64,000 nucleotides of DNA from Nitrospirales bacterium (GTDB lineage Bacteria > Nitrospirota > Nitrospiria > Nitrospirales > UBA8639): contig OY820905.2 of the NCBI GenBank assembly GCA_963555755.3, positions 1,984,001 to 2,048,000 on the forward strand, given 5' to 3'. A model generated the notes under the pieces. It was not told where the DNA came from and did no database searches. It worked only from the letters and a program-made list of their open reading frames with translations. A program made the position numbers and the translations under genes. Below are positions 1 through 9,234 of this stretch, piece after piece (position 1 is the stretch's first letter; each line of letters starts with the position of its first letter).

Positions 1-125
1 CAGGCATTTTTTGTGAGGGCAAGGAAGCCGCGCGCGGAAAACCGGAGTGTATGGGCGAATACATGAGGATGTGAGCACGCGGCTGACGCCGCCATCACGG
101 AAAAGGACGGTTTTTAGAGGTGCCC
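1..125. mobile_element. MITE-like family A, partial (left end outside window)
   Basis: Near-identical to the internal part and right TIR (GTTTTTAGAGGTGCCC) of 54061-54201. Confidence 0.85.
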
Positions 126-439
126 TTATTTTATAATATATAAATCACCCATCACCCTACCAAACTCGGCTTGAAGGTCTCCTGCCTCCAAATCGTGATT
201 TCCGGGCTTGTACCGACGGGGAGATACTGCCTTCATGGGTTAGCCCAAACACGCGCGCAATTTCTTTTAACTAGACATCCCCTAATTGCCGCCCAGTTAA
301 CGAGGAGACCGTCACATGGAATCGGGTTGCCACTGCATGTTCGATATCCCGGACAACAGGACGATTAATCAATAAGATTGATCATTGTTGTCCCGGCAGG
401 CGTAGCGAGGACGGGGCGCTCGCCGCAGAGCGGTGTCCG

Positions 440-519
440 CTCCAACGAGGTGATAACCGGTGCCTCGCAAGCGAGCGAAGCCCACTTGCGAAGGGTCCGT
501 ATTCACGCACGGGTTAGGG
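440..519 (-). other. Degenerate integron attC-like site downstream of higA
   Basis: Minus strand reads CCCTAAC-ccgtg-CGTGAATA...central palindrome cttcgcaagtggg/cgcttgcgagg...GGTTATC-acctc-GTTGGAG; 80 bp; overlaps the higA stop. Confidence 0.55.
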
Positions 520-835
520 CACGACTTGCATAGGCCCCAACACCCGCCCAGGGTTTAATCTTCGCCAGCTTACCGTGCAAAATCCGTTCCGCGACTTCCG
601 TGTCATGTGCTACCTGGGCACGCAGCCAGTAGCCGTTAGAAAGACCGAAGAACCGGCACAGGCGCAAGTCAGTGTCAGCCGTGATAGCACGTTTGCCCGC
701 CACAATATCCCCAATACGTTGCGCCGGGACTCCGATTTCCTTCGCTAGCCGGTACTGGCTGATCACCATCGGCTTGAGAAATTCTTCCAGCAACAGTTCG
801 CCTGGCGTGACGGGCTTGTGTTTACGCATAATCAT
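503..835 (-). CDS. higA: HigA family antitoxin (XRE HTH)
   Basis: PVTPGELLLEEFLKPM..SQYRLAKEIGVPAQRI...RAITADTDLRLCRFFG signature; downstream of toxin. Confidence 0.92.
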   Translation of the reverse strand: MIMRKHKPVTPGELLLEEFLKPMVISQYRLAKEIGVPAQRIGDIVAGKRAITADTDLRLCRFFGLSNGYWLRAQVAHDTEVAERILHGKLAKIKPWAGVGAYASRALTRA

Positions 836-841
836 CCTCCG

Positions 842-1120
842 TCAGTGATAATCCACAATTTCGACATCTTCAGGGCCTGCGTCCGTCCACCGGAAGCACA
901 CGCGACATTGATCGTTCACCCGAATACTATGCTGTCCCGCACGATCACCTTTCAGCGATTCCAACCGATTGCCGGGTGGCACCCGAAGATCATCCAATCG
1001 GTCTGCGATCTCCAACTGCCGCAGCTTGCGACGTGCGACGGACGCAATGTTCACAAACTGTTTAACCCGCTCGCCCTTCGAAAGAGATTGCGTGTCGGCA
1101 CACTTGAACGTCTTAATCAC
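842..1120 (-). CDS. higB: HigB/RelE-ParE family toxin (probable GTG start at 1120)
   Basis: LDDLRVPPGNRLESLKGDRAGQHSIRVNDQ.RVCFRW...VEIVDYH motif. Confidence 0.92.
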   Translation of the reverse strand: MIKTFKCADTQSLSKGERVKQFVNIASVARRKLRQLEIADRLDDLRVPPGNRLESLKGDRAGQHSIRVNDQCRVCFRWTDAGPEDVEIVDYH

Positions 1121-1348
1121 GAGTCTGATAGTAACACATGACGTTATTAACGGCAAGAATGATTATGACTAGGCACAGAGCTTGCCCCCCCCCTGACGAG
1201 AAGGAGAAAAGGTCAAGTCCATTGTTGAGAGTGTATTTCACCACCCCAGGGGGAAGAAGGGGGCAATGAGGGAGTCATCAATGAGGGGGTCAAGCTTATC
1301 TTATAATATATAAATCCCCCCTATTCTCGTGCAGATCCTCAGATCGAT

Positions 1349-2113
1349 TTACGAGGTCCCCTCTCTCACCCCACACCAAGAACAAGGCTTTGGGGAGTTG
1401 TCCTGTTGAGTAGAAGACGCCACCATTTCTGATGGTGCAGGCGCTTCTCCTTGAATCAGACGGACCCACCATGTGGATCGATTATTAAGGAGCAACTTCG
1501 GCAAGAAAAGAAATAACCCGGCCAAGAGCAACCCCGACACGATGATAGGCCACTGCATTGTTGGCACGCTGCCCCCCAAATAGGTTAACGCGAACGTCGG
1601 CGGGATCATTCCCAACAGCGTGGCAATGGCAAAGACTCTCAAGGACATTCTCGTCAGGCCCGCGCCGTAGCTGATGATATCAAATGAAAAGATCGGAAGA
1701 AGACGCGCGACGAAGATCAACCCCATGAGATGATGATCGGAGCACTTCTCACAAAATGTCACTTTCGTTTTCAGAAGACGCCCCAGCACTTCCTTCCCCA
1801 AGGCGCGGGCAATGAGAAAACTCACAATCGCGCCAATCTCCGCACCAATCACCGCGTACACCATCCCCCAGAACGGTCCAAACACGATCCCCGCCGCAAT
1901 GTCCAACGGGAGACTTGGAATGGGACTGACCACCACAGCCAGCGTCATCAACCCCACAAACACCAATGGCCCCATGGCCCCCAAGGACTCAAGGTCACTG
2001 ACAAGCCGATCAGGGTCAAGCAATGTTTCGATATCAAAAAATTGAAAGACCCCATAGGCGCCAAACATCAGTAACACTAACAGGCCTAATTTCACGATTT
2101 GAGAAAAACGCAT
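1349..2113 (-). CDS. TVP38/TMEM64 (DedA/VTT) membrane protein
   Basis: SPIPSLPLDIAAG..FG..WG and ARLLPIFSFDIISYGAG motifs; start placed at MRFSQ after GGAAGGA RBS. Confidence 0.85.
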   Translation of the reverse strand: MRFSQIVKLGLLVLLMFGAYGVFQFFDIETLLDPDRLVSDLESLGAMGPLVFVGLMTLAVVVSPIPSLPLDIAAGIVFGPFWGMVYAVIGAEIGAIVSFLIARALGKEVLGRLLKTKVTFCEKCSDHHLMGLIFVARLLPIFSFDIISYGAGLTRMSLRVFAIATLLGMIPPTFALTYLGGSVPTMQWPIIVSGLLLAGLFLFLPKLLLNNRSTWWVRLIQGEAPAPSEMVASSTQQDNSPKPCSWCGVREGTS

Positions 2114-2382
2114 CAATCCTTCCTTTTCACGTACCGCCGGTAATCCAAGTCTCAATCCACCTTTGTTAATATAATGGACATTGGCATAATGCGAAAGAGA
2201 TTGCTCGATCTTTTGCTCTTGAAGGAACCGAAGAGACAGTCTAGGCTCTCCCCAAGGTCTCATCCCCAGTTTTTCTGGGAAATACCCCTGTAACGACCAC
2301 ACCGCTCATAAGACTGTAGTGTTGAAGCAGCCAAGTTGTTTTATCTTCAACCACTGTGTTCCACAAATAGGGGTTCTCAACC

Positions 2383-3123
2383 ATGAAGACCGAAACCATG
2401 GAGTCTACGATGGCCGACTCAACAGCCGCTAAATCTTCCTCTACTCCCATAGGAAAAATTGTTATTCTGTTGATACTTGGACTTGGGATTGGGGCGTTCT
2501 TGTATTTCGACCTTGGCCAACATTTTTCCCTTGATGCCTTGAAAGCCAACCGCGACAGCTTACTGGCCTATTCCGACGCGAACTTTGCCACTGCCGTTGT
2601 CCTCTTTATTGCCCTCTACATCGTTCAAACAGGATTCTCATTACCTGGCGGGGCCATCATGACCCTGGCTGGTGGTTTTTTATTCGGCAGTGTCCTGGGC
2701 ACGATCTTTGTGAATATAGGCGCCACCATAGGTGCAACCCTTGCTTTTTTGGTGGCACGGTATTTATTACGGGACTGGGTCGAAGGAAAATTTGGCGATC
2801 GGATTGAGCCCATTCAAGCCGGGTTTGCCAAGAACGCCTTCAGCTATCTCATGACACTCCGGCTTATTCCAGCTTTCCCATTTTTTCTGGTGAATCTCGT
2901 GTCCGGTTTAACTCGAGTGAACCTGGGAACCTATATTATAGCAACCTCCATCGGCATTATCCCGGGCAGCTTTGTATTCGCGTTTGCCGGCAAACAACTT
3001 GGATCCATTAACTCCTTAGGAGAGATTGCGTCGCCACCGGTATTAATGGCTTTTAGCCTCCTTGGATTGCTAGCCCTCATGCCCATTGCCTATCGCAAAT
3101 TCATAGAAAAGAAAAATTCGTGA
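2383..3123 (+). CDS. TVP38/TMEM64 (DedA/VTT) membrane protein
   Basis: SLPGGAIMTLAGGFLFG and LRLIPAFPFFLVN motifs. Confidence 0.9.
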   Translation: MKTETMESTMADSTAAKSSSTPIGKIVILLILGLGIGAFLYFDLGQHFSLDALKANRDSLLAYSDANFATAVVLFIALYIVQTGFSLPGGAIMTLAGGFLFGSVLGTIFVNIGATIGATLAFLVARYLLRDWVEGKFGDRIEPIQAGFAKNAFSYLMTLRLIPAFPFFLVNLVSGLTRVNLGTYIIATSIGIIPGSFVFAFAGKQLGSINSLGEIASPPVLMAFSLLGLLALMPIAYRKFIEKKNS

Positions 3124-3211
3124 TTGAGGCAACCATTTTCACCAAACCCACGACCCACCGACAGGGAAAAAAGTGAACGCTCTGTATTGATTCCCTGAGA
3201 AAAGACCAATC

Positions 3212-4765
3212 ATGACGACAGTAGCACGCAAAGACGGACCAGTCGAAATCGCCCCCATGGACGAGTTTAACCAACAATTGGTCAACAACGTTCATCCTCC
3301 GGCATGGATCAACCCTGAACCCACAGGACGATACAATCTGGTCATCATTGGAGCCGGCACCGCAGGATTAGTAACTGCTGCCGTGGCTGCCGCCGTGGGA
3401 GCCAAAGTCGCGCTGATTGAACGCCACTTGATGGGCGGGGATTGCCTCAACGTCGGATGTGTTCCCTCGAAAGGCGTCATTCGGGCGTCCCGTGTTTGGG
3501 CAGAAGTGAAAAATGCCGCCGAATTTGGCATACACATTCCTGGTGGAATCAAGACGGACTTTGGCGCGGCGATGGCCCGAATGCGAAAATTGCGTGCCCG
3601 GATCAGTCATGTGGATTCTGCTCATCGGTTTAAAGACCTGGGCGTGGATATCTTCATCGGAGACGGGCGATTTACCGGGCCAGGAACCGTAGAAGTCGTG
3701 GGCAAGTCCCTCACATTCGCCAAAGCCGTTATCTGTACCGGGGCTCGTGCTGCTGCACCACCAATTTCCGGTTTGGAAGATACCGGCTATCTCACCAACG
3801 AAACCATTTTCTCATTGACCGAACTCCCACCACGTCTCGCCGTCATTGGGGCAGGCCCCATTGGCTGCGAAATGGCCCAGTCCTTCACTCGCTTTGGAAG
3901 CAAAGTATGCTTGTTCGAGCAAATCGATCATATCCTGCCGCGTGAAGATGCCGACGCCGCAGAGATCGTTCAACGTCAAATGGCAAAGGACGGCCAATGC
4001 TTCGTGTTTAATTCAAACATCACTCACGTGGAATCCCGTGGCCATGAGAAGGTCGTACATTATGATCAAGAAGGCGAACACAAAGAACTTGTGGTCGATG
4101 AGATACTTGTTGGAATTGGACGAGCCCCAAATGTCGAAGGACTCGGAATGGAAACCGTTGAGGTCGAGTACGACAAACGATCCGGCGTGAAGGTCAACGG
4201 CAAACTCCAAACCACGAACCCCAAAATTTATGCGGCCGGGGATATCTGCTTCCCCTTCAAGTTTACCCACACCGCCGATGCCATGGCCCAAATCGTTATT
4301 CAAAACGCCCTATTCCCGCATCCGTTAGGGCTAGGGTATGCCAGCACGGATTCGCTCATTATTCCCTGGGCCACCTATACCGCACCCGAGATTGCTCATG
4401 TTGGTATGTATGCAACGGAAGCCAAAGACAAAGGCATCGAGGTTGACACCTTCACCTTTAAACTCAACGAAGTAGATCGGGCGATTTTAGATGGGGAAGA
4501 TGAAGGATTTGCTCGCGTTCATGTGAAGAAAGGGACGGATACAATTCTGGGCGCCACCATTGTCGCAGCCCATGCCGGCGACATGATTAGCGAATTTACC
4601 TTAGCGATGAAAGGTGGCTTAGGACTCAGTACGATCACCGGGACGATTCATCCGTATCCCACACAAGCCGAGGTCATCAAAAAGGTAGCCAATGCCTGGC
4701 GTAAGACGACATTCACTGAAGGCAAGAAAAAGCTTCTGAGTAAACTGTTTACCTTCATGCGATAA
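3212..4765 (+). CDS. FAD-dependent pyridine nucleotide-disulfide oxidoreductase (mercuric reductase/Lpd-like)
   Basis: GAGTAG, GGDCLNVGCVPSK, GAGPIG and HPYPT motifs; no C-terminal Cys-Cys pair. Confidence 0.88.
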   Translation: MTTVARKDGPVEIAPMDEFNQQLVNNVHPPAWINPEPTGRYNLVIIGAGTAGLVTAAVAAAVGAKVALIERHLMGGDCLNVGCVPSKGVIRASRVWAEVKNAAEFGIHIPGGIKTDFGAAMARMRKLRARISHVDSAHRFKDLGVDIFIGDGRFTGPGTVEVVGKSLTFAKAVICTGARAAAPPISGLEDTGYLTNETIFSLTELPPRLAVIGAGPIGCEMAQSFTRFGSKVCLFEQIDHILPREDADAAEIVQRQMAKDGQCFVFNSNITHVESRGHEKVVHYDQEGEHKELVVDEILVGIGRAPNVEGLGMETVEVEYDKRSGVKVNGKLQTTNPKIYAAGDICFPFKFTHTADAMAQIVIQNALFPHPLGLGYASTDSLIIPWATYTAPEIAHVGMYATEAKDKGIEVDTFTFKLNEVDRAILDGEDEGFARVHVKKGTDTILGATIVAAHAGDMISEFTLAMKGGLGLSTITGTIHPYPTQAEVIKKVANAWRKTTFTEGKKKLLSKLFTFMR

Positions 4766-4796
4766 GAGACGAGATGACATTTTACTAGGAACGATC

Positions 4797-5567
4797 ATGC
4801 CACACCCACCTCAAACCACTTATAGATTGATCATATTTTTTGGGTGTCTGTTGGGACTCAGCACCGTCCCGTGGTCAGTAGGTGCGGGCACAGATTCCAT
4901 TTTGAAAGTGGGCACGTTTTCCACAGCCAGTCCAGGGGGGCCTTTCCCCGAGGGCTGGGAACCGCTTACCTTCGAAAAAATTCCGCAACACACCAAGTAT
5001 GAATTGGTGCAAGACCGTGACACTGTGGTGGTCAGAGCCACCAGCAAGCAATCGTCCTCCGGGCTGACCAGAAAGATGACCATTAACCCTAAAGCATTCC
5101 CGATCGTTCAATGGCGCTGGAAAATCGACAACATCATTCAATCAGGTGACGTCACGAAAAAAGAGAGCGACGATTATTCAGCCCGGATCTACATTACTTT
5201 TGAATATGACAGCAGCAAAGTTGGATTTTTTGAAAGGGCCAAATTCGAAATTATTAATCTGGCCTATGGCGAGTATCCACCAAGCGCGATCAACTATATT
5301 TGGGAGAGTAAAACACCTATCGGAACGATCGTGCCCAACCCCTATACGGATTACGTTCAAATGATCGTGACGCAAAGCGGCTCCCAACGGGTGGGGGAAT
5401 GGGTCACGGAGGAACGCAATGTATACGAAGACTACAAAGAAGCCTTTGGTGAAGAGCCACCAAACATTTCTGGCATCGCTATCATGACGGACACAGACAA
5501 CACCAAAGAATCCGCAACGGCGTATTTTGGCGACATCGTATTCAAGAAAGGGTTCGCGCAAGAATAA
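4797..5567 (+). CDS. DUF3047 family exported protein
   Basis: Signal peptide, WRWK..DDYSARIY, INYIW, EERNVYEDYKEAFGEEPP..GIAIMTDTDNT; last codons come from MITE B. Confidence 0.85.
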   Translation: MPHPPQTTYRLIIFFGCLLGLSTVPWSVGAGTDSILKVGTFSTASPGGPFPEGWEPLTFEKIPQHTKYELVQDRDTVVVRATSKQSSSGLTRKMTINPKAFPIVQWRWKIDNIIQSGDVTKKESDDYSARIYITFEYDSSKVGFFERAKFEIINLAYGEYPPSAINYIWESKTPIGTIVPNPYTDYVQMIVTQSGSQRVGEWVTEERNVYEDYKEAFGEEPPNISGIAIMTDTDNTKESATAYFGDIVFKKGFAQE

Positions 5568-5706
5568 CTTCCCATGTTTGGGTTCTGAGACGCCTGTCTG
5601 GCAAGGCGCGAGGACTGCGCATACTCCTCGTATGGAAAGGAGGAGCAACGCCGCCAGACGGGATGGATCGACGCCCAAACATAGGAAGTTATTCTTGCGC
5701 GAACCC
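5550..5706. mobile_element. MITE-like family B (157 bp)
   Basis: 23-bp perfect TIR GGGTTCGCGCAAGAATAACTTCC; AAA on both flanks; four copies in window. Confidence 0.88.
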
Positions 5707-5927
5707 AAAGCCCCTGCCCCTTGAATAACCACTCCATGTCCCGGACAGAGTACTGTTTTTCTAATGTGTACGCCTCTTCACAGAAATATTTTTCCGGAAG
5801 GTGTAACATTTCACCCCTACAGCTGACTCTCAAATAACATCGGAAGGAAAGGGCGAGGTGGATCAGGCTTCGTCCTTGTCACCGCACTCATCTTGAGAGG
5901 CATTTTAACCACAAGGAGGAGTTCTTT

Positions 5928-6209
5928 ATGATTTCCACAAAATCTATTCTTGTCAGCACGGCACTTACAGGTCTTCTCATGGCTTCCAGCGCCTATGCTG
6001 GCGCCGGTCACGAGGGCGGCCACGGCGACAAAGCTGCCGGACAATGCCATGGAGTCAACGCCTGCAAAGGACATGGAGCATGCAAAGGCGTAGGGCATTC
6101 TTGTGAAGGCAAAAACTCCTGCGAAGGCAAGGGTTGGCTGAAAATGACGAAAGACATGTGCGAGAAATTACAAGATGGAAAATGGAACGCCATGCCAAAG
6201 AAAAGCTAA
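5928..6209 (+). CDS. Small secreted Cys-rich protein, BufA2 bufferin-precursor-like
   Basis: Signal peptide, then CHGVNACKGHGACKG..SCEGKNSCEGKGW..C. Confidence 0.7.
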   Translation: MISTKSILVSTALTGLLMASSAYAGAGHEGGHGDKAAGQCHGVNACKGHGACKGVGHSCEGKNSCEGKGWLKMTKDMCEKLQDGKWNAMPKKS

Positions 6210-6247
6210 TTGAGCATTTTCACTTTCAGATGGCATTTCTCAAACAG

Positions 6248-6282
6248 CCCTCGCCCCTGAGGGGAGAGGGTAGGGTGAGGGG
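6248..6282. repeat. REP-like palindrome (CCCTCGCCCC...GGGGAGAGGG..AGGGTGAGGGG)
   Basis: Second copy at 54213-54255. Confidence 0.65.
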
Positions 6283-6360
6283 TTCCTCATCAGGACAATG
6301 AACATACTGAAGTAATCGAATATGATCACACAATTTGGTTCAAGCAAGGAGGTTGGTAAC

Positions 6361-6678
6361 ATGATTTCAAAAAAAAGTTTACTCACCAGCGCTGCACTCA
6401 CAGGGCTGTTACTCGCTGCGGGATGCGCTCATCAAGGTGGAGGTGGAGGGTACGATGGGTACGGGGGATACGGTAGTGGCGCCCAGGCCGCCCTTGGACA
6501 ATGTCATGGCGTCAATGCCTGTAAAGGCAAGGGAGAGTGCTCCACTGCGATACACGACTGTGCAGGAGAGAATTCTTGTGAAGGCAAGGGTTGGTTGAAA
6601 ATGTCAAAATCCATGTGCGGCGACATTAAAAGCAGCGCCTGGAACCCCATGCCGGAAAACATGAAACACAAAGGCTAA
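6361..6678 (+). CDS. Small Cys-rich putative lipoprotein, BufA2-like paralog
   Basis: LAAGC lipobox-like motif, Gly/Tyr linker, CHGVNACKGKGEC..DCAGENSCEGKGW; AAGGAGG RBS before ATG 6361. Confidence 0.7.
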   Translation: MISKKSLLTSAALTGLLLAAGCAHQGGGGGYDGYGGYGSGAQAALGQCHGVNACKGKGECSTAIHDCAGENSCEGKGWLKMSKSMCGDIKSSAWNPMPENMKHKG

Positions 6679-6698
6679 GACACTCAGCCATGAAATGA

Positions 6699-6738
6699 CA
6701 AAAGGCTGTGCGTCAACCAATACAACGCACAGCCTTTT
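6699..6738. terminator. Bidirectional intrinsic terminator between convergent genes
   Basis: AAAAGGCTGTGCGT...ACGCACAGCCTTTT. Confidence 0.75.
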
Positions 6739-6753
6739 GAACAAAAGCTTTCG

Positions 6754-7332
6754 CTACATGTAGTTTGGGATTCCTCCGGGTTTCCATTTAATGTTACACC
6801 CCGCACTGGGACGTTGATCCTGGTCCACAGGTTGTCCCGCCAACACGGCATCAATCGCCTCGCGTACATCCTTGCCCGTAACCGGCTTGCCATTTCCAGG
6901 ACGGCTCTCATCCAATTGCCCTCGATACACCAATTGTTGATTGGCATCGAAAAGGAAAAAATCCGGCGTGCATGCGGCGGTGAAGGCCTTGGCCACCTCC
7001 TGTCCCTCGTCATAACAGTAGGGAAAAGTAAATCCAAGCTCCTGCGCCATGGCCTTCAATTGCTCCGGACGGTCATCCGGATAGTTGTCCGCATCGTTGC
7101 TACTGATCCCCACAAGCCCAAGACCGTTCTCAATATAATCCTTTCCTAACCGAGCGAGCTCATTTTGCACGTGAACCACATAGGGGCAATGCCGACAAAT
7201 GAACATCACCAAGATTCCCTGTTTCCCAGAAAACTTGGTTGACGAAAACCTGGTGCCCGATACCACATCAGGTAACTCAAAAGTGGGAAGTGGTGTTCCT
7301 AGCGGCAACATCGTCGAGTTCTTTAAGGACAT
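6754..7332 (-). CDS. Thioredoxin-fold AhpC/TSA (PRX-like) protein
   Basis: MFICRHCPYV, ISSNDA..YPDD, AFTAACTPDFFLFD, PSAGCNIKW; start at MSLKNS. Confidence 0.9.
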   Translation of the reverse strand: MSLKNSTMLPLGTPLPTFELPDVVSGTRFSSTKFSGKQGILVMFICRHCPYVVHVQNELARLGKDYIENGLGLVGISSNDADNYPDDRPEQLKAMAQELGFTFPYCYDEGQEVAKAFTAACTPDFFLFDANQQLVYRGQLDESRPGNGKPVTGKDVREAIDAVLAGQPVDQDQRPSAGCNIKWKPGGIPNYM

Positions 7333-7453
7333 ATCAATGATTCCTCTTGCTTGAAAACGAAAGGGAGATTCGGGCCTACGGAGAAAGAGGTTCCAATCCA
7401 CCCATCCCCGCCACGGTACTTGGAAGGACCAGGCATGCCCCCTCGGAAACAGT

Positions 7454-7732
7454 TTATCCCTTTTTCCATGTACGAAAACGCTTGAGCAATTCCTCTCGTA
7501 CTTCCGTCGGCATGGGTTCGGGTGAGAGTTGTCCAAGGGTACGAATGGTAGCCTTCATTTGATTCAAATAGTTCCGACACCCCACACAAAAACCCAAATG
7601 GATTTGAAACCGAATTCGATCGGTAAAGGTCAACGTTCCCTCAAGGTACTCAGTCATTAAGTCAACAAGTTCCTGACAGGATATATTGCCGGCCATCAAG
7701 TGCATGACCTGGCCTTTAAGATCATTTGCCAT
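7454..7732 (-). CDS. Zinc-binding (zf-HC2) anti-sigma factor
   Basis: C..(x)..HLGFCVGC ZAS motif; directly after ECF sigma. Confidence 0.88.
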   Translation of the reverse strand: MANDLKGQVMHLMAGNISCQELVDLMTEYLEGTLTFTDRIRFQIHLGFCVGCRNYLNQMKATIRTLGQLSPEPMPTEVREELLKRFRTWKKG

Positions 7733-8421
7733 CAGCGTTTTGCCTTTGTGTTATTTAGTTGAGGTTCAATCATCTTCCTTACTCGGCTTCTGGCTCGATG
7801 CAGGAGGACCCGTTGATTGGTCTCGGTGACCTCTAAAATATTACAGACTTCTTTGGAGTCAACTCCATCAAGGTCCCTCAAGGTAATCACCTGCCGTTGA
7901 ACTGGCGGCAGGGCATCAATGGCTTGTTCAATGAGCATCCGGCTTTCTTTGGACAGTAACAGCCTCTCCGGGGTCTCCTCATCCCACATACTGGGCAAGG
8001 TGATCCAATGGCCCACTAATGCGCTCGAGGACTGAAATCGCTCAGGCTCTCTCCAGCCTTCATCATCACCGTCACTGTGCCCATCTCCGGTATCCAGAGA
8101 TTCATAACGACTTTCCCGCTTTCCACGGGTTTTGGCTCGATTCGTCAAAATTCGAAACATCCAGGTCTTGAGCGACGACCGGCCTTCAAACCGAGGGAGA
8201 CTCTCCAAGACTCCCATCCAGGTTTCTTGGACCACCTCTTCGGCCACAGCACGTGAGGGAACATAGGCCATCGCCAACCGCAAGAGTGAGCCATAATAGG
8301 TATCGATGAGAAATCCAAAGGCGGCTTCATCTCCCTGCCGTAAGGCCTCGACCAATACCTGCTCATCGTTCCATTTCGATTCAGGCGAGGCGGTCGGCTG
8401 CTGTTGTCCCTCTTCCTTCAT
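7732..8421 (-). CDS. ECF RNA polymerase sigma factor
   Basis: AEEVVQETW, FEGRSSLKTWMFRIL, VSE/TETNQRVLLHRAR-type regions 2 and 4; start MKEEG after GAGGTGG. Confidence 0.9.
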   Translation of the reverse strand: MKEEGQQQPTASPESKWNDEQVLVEALRQGDEAAFGFLIDTYYGSLLRLAMAYVPSRAVAEEVVQETWMGVLESLPRFEGRSSLKTWMFRILTNRAKTRGKRESRYESLDTGDGHSDGDDEGWREPERFQSSSALVGHWITLPSMWDEETPERLLLSKESRMLIEQAIDALPPVQRQVITLRDLDGVDSKEVCNILEVTETNQRVLLHRARSRVRKMIEPQLNNTKAKR

Positions 8422-8519
8422 GACCACCTCATTTAAACCTAGAAACGGCATTGGGGCGCAAAAAAGACGTGTAAGATATTGGCGGGCATGGTGCAATACA
8501 AAAAGTCGTGGTCACCCAA

Positions 8520-8676
8520 GGGCTCGCGCAAGAATAACTTCCCCCGTTTGGGCGTCGATCCATCCCGTCTGGCAGCGTTGCTCGTCCTTTCCATACGAGG
8601 AGTATGCGCAGTCCTCGCGCCTTGCCAGACAGGTGTCTCAGCACCCAAACAGGGGATGTTATTCCTGCGAGAGCCC
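8520..8676. mobile_element. MITE-like family B (nested in D)
   Basis: 157 bp; reverse complement of the 5550 and 53806 copies. Confidence 0.85.
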
Positions 8677-8719
8677 TTAGTGGTGATGAGACATTTTTTT
8701 ATTGTGCCAGGTGCGCTCA

Positions 8720-8982
8720 GGGTCCGTCACGAAATAACCGGGACAATTGGGAGGCCCAGATTTGTGATCGGGGCAAGGCGCGACGAGGGAGCCTAGCGGG
8801 GCTATGTGACTGAGGAGCAACGCCGCCCCGGGCCAAAGATGGGCCTCCCCGGAGGGCCGGACACTTTTGGGCTCCGCCGGCGTCGCTCATCGCTTCCATA
8901 CTCCCGGTATGCGCGCTCATCGCTCCTTGGCTCGCTCCAAAATTGTCTCGGCCAATTGTCCCGGTTATTTCGTGACGGACCC
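8720..8982. mobile_element. MITE-like family C (263 bp, nested in D)
   Basis: 30-bp TIR GGGTCCGTCACGAAATAACCGGGACAATTG; second copy at 53206-53468. Confidence 0.85.
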
Positions 8983-9234
8983 TAAGAGCTTGCGCGGACT
9001 TTTGTGATCCAACTGCTGTTTCTAGGTTAAACCTTGACTCACCGAAAGAAGCGACGAGAACCCCTTCCTTGCACACCCTTTTGCAACCCTTTCCTCAACC
9101 CATGCATTATGGTCAGGGGGAAGGCTTGAATCAAGTTCAGGAGAAGAGAACGATTTTACTCAAACGACTGTGACTCAGAGGAAAGGAAGAAACGGCAGAC
9201 AATGGAGAAGGAACACAGCACCCTGGGAAATGAA

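Larger units (their letters stand above)
8437..9027. mobile_element. MITE-like family D composite carrying nested B (8520-8676) and C (8720-8982)
   Basis: TIR ACCTAGAAAC/GTTTCTAGGT, TAA duplicated on both flanks; inverted relative of 53161-54045. Confidence 0.85.

Noticed and set aside
125..150. dif/pdif site in the AT-rich direct repeat
   Set aside because: Lacks the XerD arm (TTATGTTAAAT) and the 11-6-11 layout.
3212..4765. merA call
   Set aside because: No C-terminal Cys-Cys pair, no NmerA domain and no mer operon.
8306..9076. ORFs of 70-150 aa recurring at 5.5, 8.5, 10.2, 49.5 and 53.2-54.0 kb (e.g. GSRKNNFPCLG...)
   Set aside because: They are translations of MITE copies, not genes.
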